Shown here: positions 26,352 to 32,000 of the stretch, piece after piece
Layout: each line of letters opens with the position of its first letter
Position numbering within the stretch: position 1 is the first letter of the stretch
Notes under the pieces: generated by a model
Databases searched by the model: none
Seen by the model: only the letters and a program-made list of their open reading frames with translations
What the model was told of the DNA's origin: nothing
DNA from: Ferroglobus placidus DSM 10642
GTDB lineage: Archaea > Halobacteriota > Archaeoglobi > Archaeoglobales > Archaeoglobaceae
Assembly: GCF_000025505.1 (NCBI RefSeq)
Contig: NC_013849.1
Location: 390,001 to 422,000 of the forward strand
Reading direction: 5' to 3'
DNA length: 32,000 nucleotides
Made by a program: the position numbers and the translations under genes

Positions 26352-28496
26352 TCAGGTGACGGCTGCAGCAGCAGGCAAATATACCTCGAATATCCACCTG
26401 AATCTCTTAACCTTCCGCGCATGGCCTGAGTAGAGGCTTGCAGCTGGTCTGAGCGTGTCCCAGCCACAGTGTGAGAGGGTCTTGAAGAACTCTACACACT
26501 GTTTCAGCCTGCCGCGCATCATCTCCACAGCCCCGTAGCACACCTCCAGCTCATCCTCAAGCATCTCAAGTCTGCGGGTGAAGTACTGGGCAATGCTGGC
26601 GAAGGCTGCCTTCAGCTCATCATCGTTTGAAGCCACAAACACTCCCAGGCTGTTAAGACTGCTGAGCTTGCCGAGCCCCTCACGCTTTCCACCGTTCTTG
26701 TTTCTGCCGCTGCCGCTGACCTCACAATCAACTCCAGCTCTCAGCTCTGCCACCTCCTGCCCCCCAGCCTGAACCTTAACCTGTGCCTGGTTAATCTGAG
26801 CCTGGCCCTGCCCCTGCCCACGTCCATGCCCCTGTCCTGTCCCCGGCCCCAGCTCCTGTACACCCTCCTGCAGCACATCCTGCCCTCCTTCCTGCACCTG
26901 AACCTGGAGGGCGTCTAAAAGGAATGCGAGCAGTTTGTGGCCGGTGTACACCTCCGGTATAGCCCTGTGCCCCCTCATTGAGCTGTACTTGTTAGGATAG
27001 TTGCCCATAAGAATTACCGTGTAGTCTGTAACCCTCTCCCTGAGCCCATTCGCCGGCCTCCTTTCCAGGAATTTGTTTAGGCTCCTCACCGCTGCACTGA
27101 GATGACTCCCCAGTCTGCTCTTTGGGTTTAGAGCAGCTCTGTCGCTCCAGTGGATTGTTAGGGCGTAGCATTCTGTGTAATCGCCCCTCTCACCACCACT
27201 TCCACTCCCTCTCTTGCTCCCTCTCCTTACCCCTCCTCTTACCCTGCCCCTTCTATTCCTCCCTGCACTCCTCCTCCTACCCCTTCCATCCAGGCTAACA
27301 CTGCTGTCCTCATCCCTTATCGGGATCAGCACGTGGACGCAGTTGCTCCTGAAGTCTATGTGCCAGTGCACATCGCATCCGTGGAGAGGTCTCTCGGATG
27401 GCAGACGGCTCAGCAGCTGGTTGTCCACCCTCCACACCAGATCTTTTGCCTTCTTCCTTGCCTCCATGATCCTTTTGCCTTCCTCCTCTCCACCCTCCTC
27501 CACTCCCACTCCCTCCCCTACTCCTGCTTCTGCCCTCCTCTCCCTCCCTTTCTCTTCCTTCTCCAGCTCTTCCTCATCCCTACCCTCCCCTGCTCCTGCT
27601 ATTGCCTCTCCCTCCTCCTTAGCCCCACTCCTTCTTTCCTCCGGCCCCCCTCTTATCTCCCCTACCTCTTCACCCTCCCCTACCTCATCCCTACTGCCCC
27701 TACCATCCCTACCACCATCAACCCCTCCCCCTCCACCCTGTCCGTGCGGGGCGCTGGTGCTGATACTGGATTTGGCTGAACCTGCCTTTGCCGAGGTGAT
27801 CGGGCTGGGATCATCAGAGGTGATGGGGGTTGCTGCTGCCAGTGCATCGAGCGCCCTCCTTACATCGCTGACATCCCTGATACGTATCGGCTTCTTTATC
27901 TGCAGTATTTTTGCCAGGATCTTCCTTTCCTTTGGATCCTCTCTGTTGCACTCCTGCAGGAACCTCTCTGCCTCCCTTCTCCCGTGCAGGTATTCGTCTA
28001 TAGATCTAAGTGCCGCTCTGGTGTAGGCCCTCTCGAAGCTCTCCCCGGTCTCTTTTTGCAGCTCCTTCGCTGATCGGTAAATGAAATGCCACCGACATCC
28101 TGAAGCCACCACTCTCTCGCCGAAGAGCAGTGGCTTTGCTGTGCCATCCTCGTCCCACTGAGAACATAGCTCCTCCTCCAGAAAGGCCATGTAGTCTCGA
28201 CTGAGGGGGAGCTGTCTGATGAAATCTCTCAGAATGTCTCTGCTGTACGTCTCCCCTCTATCCCTCAGTTTTGGTTTTAGCTTTCTTCTGTCAAGTTCAT
28301 CAAAAAACCCTATGAGAGAGTCCAGAACTGATAGAATAGGGACGGAGGTGGCGCTGTGACCCAGCATTCTGGACTCCCTCATAGGGTTCTTTGATAAACT
28401 TGAGTGGGCTCCTATCATCGCCTTACCACCACCTTCCTCTCCTCCCATCCCACCACCCTTTCCCTCACAACCCTTTCCTCCACCACACCCTCTCAT
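26352..28496 (-). CDS. Large hypothetical element protein with Glu/Arg/Gly-rich and Gln/Gly-rich linkers
   Basis: 714 aa ORF; ATGA overlap with the preceding gene at 28493-28496; ordered-looking segments separated by low-complexity linkers; contains GCDVHWHIDFRSNCVHVLIPI. Confidence 0.7.
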   Translation of the reverse strand: MRGCGGGKGCEGKGGGMGGEEGGGKAMIGAHSSLSKNPMRESRMLGHSATSVPILSVLDSLIGFFDELDRRKLKPKLRDRGETYSRDILRDFIRQLPLSRDYMAFLEEELCSQWDEDGTAKPLLFGERVVASGCRWHFIYRSAKELQKETGESFERAYTRAALRSIDEYLHGRREAERFLQECNREDPKERKILAKILQIKKPIRIRDVSDVRRALDALAAATPITSDDPSPITSAKAGSAKSSISTSAPHGQGGGGGVDGGRDGRGSRDEVGEGEEVGEIRGGPEERRSGAKEEGEAIAGAGEGRDEEELEKEEKGRERRAEAGVGEGVGVEEGGEEEGKRIMEARKKAKDLVWRVDNQLLSRLPSERPLHGCDVHWHIDFRSNCVHVLIPIRDEDSSVSLDGRGRRRSAGRNRRGRVRGGVRRGSKRGSGSGGERGDYTECYALTIHWSDRAALNPKSRLGSHLSAAVRSLNKFLERRPANGLRERVTDYTVILMGNYPNKYSSMRGHRAIPEVYTGHKLLAFLLDALQVQVQEGGQDVLQEGVQELGPGTGQGHGRGQGQGQAQINQAQVKVQAGGQEVAELRAGVDCEVSGSGRNKNGGKREGLGKLSSLNSLGVFVASNDDELKAAFASIAQYFTRRLEMLEDELEVCYGAVEMMRGRLKQCVEFFKTLSHCGWDTLRPAASLYSGHARKVKRFRWIFEVYLPAAAAVT

Positions 28497-29176
28497 TCCT
28501 CCCCTCCTCCTTCCCCTCCCCGCTCTCGCTTCTCAACTCCCACTCCTTCTCCCTCACTCTCTCCCTCCTCCTCCTGCTCTTCCTGTTCTCTCTGCTCCTG
28601 TCCCATCCCGGCACTCGAAACAGTCTTGATCGCGTCAAAGAGCTTGGCGTATCTGTTGTACGCTTCACCAGCCCTCTTCATGAACCCTGTAATCTTCTCA
28701 TAATCCTCCCTGGACCTCTCCAACATCGCATCGATGATTGCCTCCTCCACCATGCTCTGAAACTTATCCATGACTGATGAGACTGCAAGAACATCTACGA
28801 GCGGGGCAGACCTTGCCTCAACCACGTCAACAACCCCTTCATCATTCCTGTAAACAAAGTAGAGTTTTGCCCTGCCACCTTCTCTCTTCAACACCGCTGG
28901 ATACACCACACACTCCTTCTCCCTGTACTTTTTCGCCTCCGCTGGAATGGCTATGCTGGGATCGTCTATCTCAACATCATACTCGCTGAGAAGGGCTGTA
29001 ATCCTGTCAAGCAGCTTTGTGAACTTCTCGGTAATCATCGGTTTGTATCTTTCAGCATACTCCCTCCTCTTCTCCTCATACTTTTTTATTCTACACAACT
29101 TTTCTTCAACTCCTCCACCCTCAACTCTGCCAGCACCCTCTCCTCCGCTGTCTCCTCCGCTATCCTCCGCTATCAT
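28493..29176 (-). CDS. Hypothetical protein, helical, acidic C-terminus
   Basis: 227 aa ORF in the same operon, translationally coupled to the 714 aa gene. Confidence 0.65.
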   Translation of the reverse strand: MIAEDSGGDSGGEGAGRVEGGGVEEKLCRIKKYEEKRREYAERYKPMITEKFTKLLDRITALLSEYDVEIDDPSIAIPAEAKKYREKECVVYPAVLKREGGRAKLYFVYRNDEGVVDVVEARSAPLVDVLAVSSVMDKFQSMVEEAIIDAMLERSREDYEKITGFMKRAGEAYNRYAKLFDAIKTVSSAGMGQEQREQEEQEEEGESEGEGVGVEKRERGGEGGGEE

Positions 29177-29287
29177 CCATCACACACTCCTAACCGCAAG
29201 GAAGCCCACAAGCTTTCCCACTACAGGGGCCCTCATGTTCTCCTTCTTACCCTCGCTCCACAGCCCACACACCATGCACACACCGTG

Positions 29288-29677
29288 TCATGACAGTATG
29301 CTGACAATGACGTTCTTGATCAGCTCAGCAAGAACAACAATTGCGAGCCCTATTATGGCGCCGGTGAAAGCCCTCCTCGCCTTCTGCTCCTTCTCCGGCT
29401 GACCCTCAGAAGTCATGTGCAGAAAGCCAGCGTACATGAATACGAGCACTGATACTGTGATGAGGACCACCTGGACGGCTTTGATTATTGTATTTATTTT
29501 GTCCAGGAGTGGTTGCAGCCCTGAAGGAACGTTGCCCTGCGCTGCCGCCACAGCTGTGGCCAGTATAAAGGCCAGTATAAAGGCTGTTGCCGGAATAAAG
29601 GCGATTGCAGGCCTTTTAAACCTCTCTAAGCGGTTTTTCAACCCGCCCTCCACCTTGTCTTTCACACAAGCCCTCAT
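29288..29677 (-). CDS. VirB2/TrbC-like protein
   Basis: Signal-like helix ending ATAVAAAQG, then two TM helices with polar loop MTSEGQPEKEQKARRAFTGAIIGLAIVVLAELI; GAGGTG before ATG 29677 (ORF opens at 29704). Confidence 0.65.
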   Translation of the reverse strand: MRACVKDKVEGGLKNRLERFKRPAIAFIPATAFILAFILATAVAAAQGNVPSGLQPLLDKINTIIKAVQVVLITVSVLVFMYAGFLHMTSEGQPEKEQKARRAFTGAIIGLAIVVLAELIKNVIVSILS

Positions 29678-29858
29678 CTGCAACACCTCTTTTACTACTC
29701 GCACGTATTCTTATACTTTTTCCCTTTATGCATATATAATATTATCGGTTGAACTTCGAAAACTATACATACATAATATAAAGAAAAACATTTATATTCT
29801 CAAGTGCGTAGTATCAGTAGGATATTAAAAGTTTTGATGCAGTGGAGGAGGGGTCGGA

Positions 29859-31511
29859 ATGGGAAAAGATAATGGAATTGGTAAGAAAACAGGTGACAGA
29901 GGTTTTGCAGAGGTAATCGCAGCACTCATAATTCTCGCCATCACAGTTGCAGCCTCACCCGCGCTTATCCAGATTACAAAGCACGTCAGCAGCGAGATTG
30001 CAAAAGCAAATCAGCCATCAAGCGCCTACGTGAGCGTATCTAATGGTGTCGTCTCGGCAACAAACCCCATGCCCGTCCCAATAAGCCTGGACAGAATACG
30101 GCTCACCGTAAACGGAGAGCCCGTGCCAATACAGGATGCAAATCACAACGGGGTGTGGGAGCCTTTCGAGAAAATCACCTTCGACCTCAATTCAATGCTC
30201 AAAAAAGATGTGGCTGTTGTAACGCTTTACATTGACGGGAAGGAGGTTTACAGATCTGTTTATACAAGGCCGACAGCCTTCCCGGAGGACGCACAGTTCC
30301 CCGTTATCGATGTGAATGCATCTGCAGGGGGGAAGAAAGGCCTCACCCTGGACATCTCCATCGATGATGATGTTGCAGTTGCCCTTCAGGAAGTTCGGAT
30401 AGGTGATGTTAAGGGTGAGAAACTGTACAGCCAGACCGACTTTCTGGAGGAGTACGTGAAGGGGCACAGAGGAGGCAAGTGCAAGCATGAACACGAGGGC
30501 AAGAAGTTCAGGAAAGCTGTAGAAAAATACTGGAAAGAAATTGGAGAGAATGGAGAGAAGGGTGAAAAATACTGGAAAGAGGCAGAAGTGAGCGAGAAGT
30601 TCTGGAAGGAGGTAAAAAAGTACTGGGATGAGATAGAGAAGGAGCACATTGGAGAGCACTACAAGGTTGAGAAGAAGATCGCTGTTCTGCTTGAAAAACT
30701 CATGGGGGCTGTGAAGGAGGGTGGAAAGTCCAGCATACCCTGCGACCTCAAGCATGTCAGCAGCGAGGTCACAATCAACCAAAACCTCTCAGCCGATCAG
30801 TACATCAGGATTGTTGCAAAGGATATTACCGGCAAAACCTCCTCAAAAATCCTCTGGCTGCGCGAGCTGGCACCGGAAGTCCACATCATACGTCCAGCAG
30901 ACGGGCAGAAGTTCTGGAACAACGAGGACATATCCATTCTCGCCAGAGCTATTGGAGCTGATAGAGTGTACCTGTACGTTGACGGCCGTCTAATACTGAG
31001 TGAGAATGCCGGATCGAGCCCCTACGACTTCGGGAAGAATGTCAGGCTTGATGTCGGAACCCACACGATAAAGGCGAGGGCGGTGAACAATGTGGGGGCA
31101 GGGGAGGATTCTATCACGATAACCGTCATACCGGATAACCCGCCAACTGTCAGAATAACGCAGCCAAAGAATGGACAGACCTTCACAACAACCGGAAATG
31201 CTTACAAGTTAACTGTTACGGCAACAGCCTCAGACGACAGAGGTGTTAGAGAGGTCAGGTTCTACGACAATGGCAGATTCATCGGTAGCGATCTAAGTGC
31301 CCCATACCAGATTACAGCAACCCTTGGACTCGGAACCCACACAATAAAGGCTGTGGCAGTTGACACAGCAGGCCAGACAGCTTCTGACACCGTAATGATT
31401 ACCGTGAAGAAGGTTGGACAGCCTCCAAAGATAGTTCAGGCTTCTGTTCCTGCTATCGGGTGGAGTACCGACTTTAGTGGAGGTACTCCCGTTGTAGGAG
31501 GTGGTAGTTAA
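29859..31511 (+). CDS. Type IV pilin-like surface protein with Ig-like repeat domains
   Basis: Class III signal-like KKTGDRGFAEVIAALIILAITVAAS; repeated Ig-like modules PEVHIIRPADGQKF...VGTHTIKARAV and PTVRITQPKNGQTF...LGTHTIKAVAVDTAGQTASDTVMITV. Confidence 0.75.
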   Translation: MGKDNGIGKKTGDRGFAEVIAALIILAITVAASPALIQITKHVSSEIAKANQPSSAYVSVSNGVVSATNPMPVPISLDRIRLTVNGEPVPIQDANHNGVWEPFEKITFDLNSMLKKDVAVVTLYIDGKEVYRSVYTRPTAFPEDAQFPVIDVNASAGGKKGLTLDISIDDDVAVALQEVRIGDVKGEKLYSQTDFLEEYVKGHRGGKCKHEHEGKKFRKAVEKYWKEIGENGEKGEKYWKEAEVSEKFWKEVKKYWDEIEKEHIGEHYKVEKKIAVLLEKLMGAVKEGGKSSIPCDLKHVSSEVTINQNLSADQYIRIVAKDITGKTSSKILWLRELAPEVHIIRPADGQKFWNNEDISILARAIGADRVYLYVDGRLILSENAGSSPYDFGKNVRLDVGTHTIKARAVNNVGAGEDSITITVIPDNPPTVRITQPKNGQTFTTTGNAYKLTVTATASDDRGVREVRFYDNGRFIGSDLSAPYQITATLGLGTHTIKAVAVDTAGQTASDTVMITVKKVGQPPKIVQASVPAIGWSTDFSGGTPVVGGGS

Positions 31512-32000
31512 TGAAGCGGGCTGTTTTAGTTTTACTGCTGGCAGCGCTCATGCTCATCGCCCAGCCAGTTAGTGCCTGGGGCGCCCCATCCATCTCACTC
31601 TCACCAACCGGAACTGTAAAGACAACGTCTGTAACATTCACAGCCTCTGCAAGCGATTCAGATGGCGTCAAGTCCATCGCTCTGTACGTTGACGGCCGTT
31701 TGTCGGCCTCGAAGACATACGGAAGCTGTGGATATGAAACGGTGAAGAAGTGCGGATACAAGACTGAGAAGGTCAGAAAATGCGGATGGAAGTATCAGAA
31801 GAGCTGTACACCTGTATTCAAGTGCTGGAGCGAGAGAGAGTGCAAACCAAAAGTGAGTTGCAAGCAGAGTTGGGTGTGTCCTGGTCTGGGATGGCTTGCA
31901 GGGAAATGCTTTGCGCATGCGCCATTGCCTCCATGGTACAGAGGGATCTGCAATGCCTGTGCCAGAGAACAATGTACAAAATCTGAAGATTGCCACAATG
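31511..32000 (+). CDS. Secreted Cys-rich protein with N-terminal Ig-like segment, incomplete at window edge
   Basis: ATG 31511 open to the end; signal peptide MKRAVLVLLLAALMLIAQPVSAWG; CGYETVKKCGYKTEKVRKCGWKYQKSC...; 13 Cys in about 95 aa. Confidence 0.7.
   Translation, partial: MKRAVLVLLLAALMLIAQPVSAWGAPSISLSPTGTVKTTSVTFTASASDSDGVKSIALYVDGRLSASKTYGSCGYETVKKCGYKTEKVRKCGWKYQKSCTPVFKCWSERECKPKVSCKQSWVCPGLGWLAGKCFAHAPLPPWYRGICNACAREQCTKSEDCHN

Noticed and set aside
27214-28026. Long plus-strand ORFs rich in Leu/Pro/Ser (also 27333-27779, 2720-3394, 2713-3003)
   Set aside because: They are antisense to Glu/Lys/Arg-rich coding segments; the polypyrimidine strand yields stop-poor low-complexity frames

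Overview
Archaeal-looking accessory DNA, probably an integrative/conjugative element or plasmid. The host is not established; thermophilic euryarchaeote (e.g. Archaeoglobi-like) is only my guess. Recognisable parts: a type IV secretion-like module with a VirB4/TraC-type ATPase (503-2317), a separate PrgI/VirB4-N-terminal-like protein (3391-4239) and two small VirB2/TrbC-like proteins (7523-7825, 29288-29677); archaeal type IV pilin parts, including a class III signal-peptide pilin, a prepilin peptidase broken in a G homopolymer, and a pilin-anchored Ig-repeat adhesin followed by a Cys-rich secreted protein; a tyrosine recombinase (11013-12227); an XPB-like SF2 helicase and two tandem diverged UPF1/IGHMBP2-like SF1 helicases; two secreted lipoproteins (DUF333-type and thermonuclease-Excalibur type); a DUF5131-like radical SAM protein; tRNA-Leu(GAG); a truncated Fic-family protein; and paired ribbon-helix-helix-like proteins downstream of a repeat-rich AT-rich spacer (candidate origin/partition/operator region). 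The window also contains gene remnants and several exact or near-exact direct repeats (85 bp; 57 bp with one mismatch; 11-bp-phased GGTAGGGA). No CRISPR array or rRNA was seen. Product calls come from motifs read by eye and were not tested by any search.
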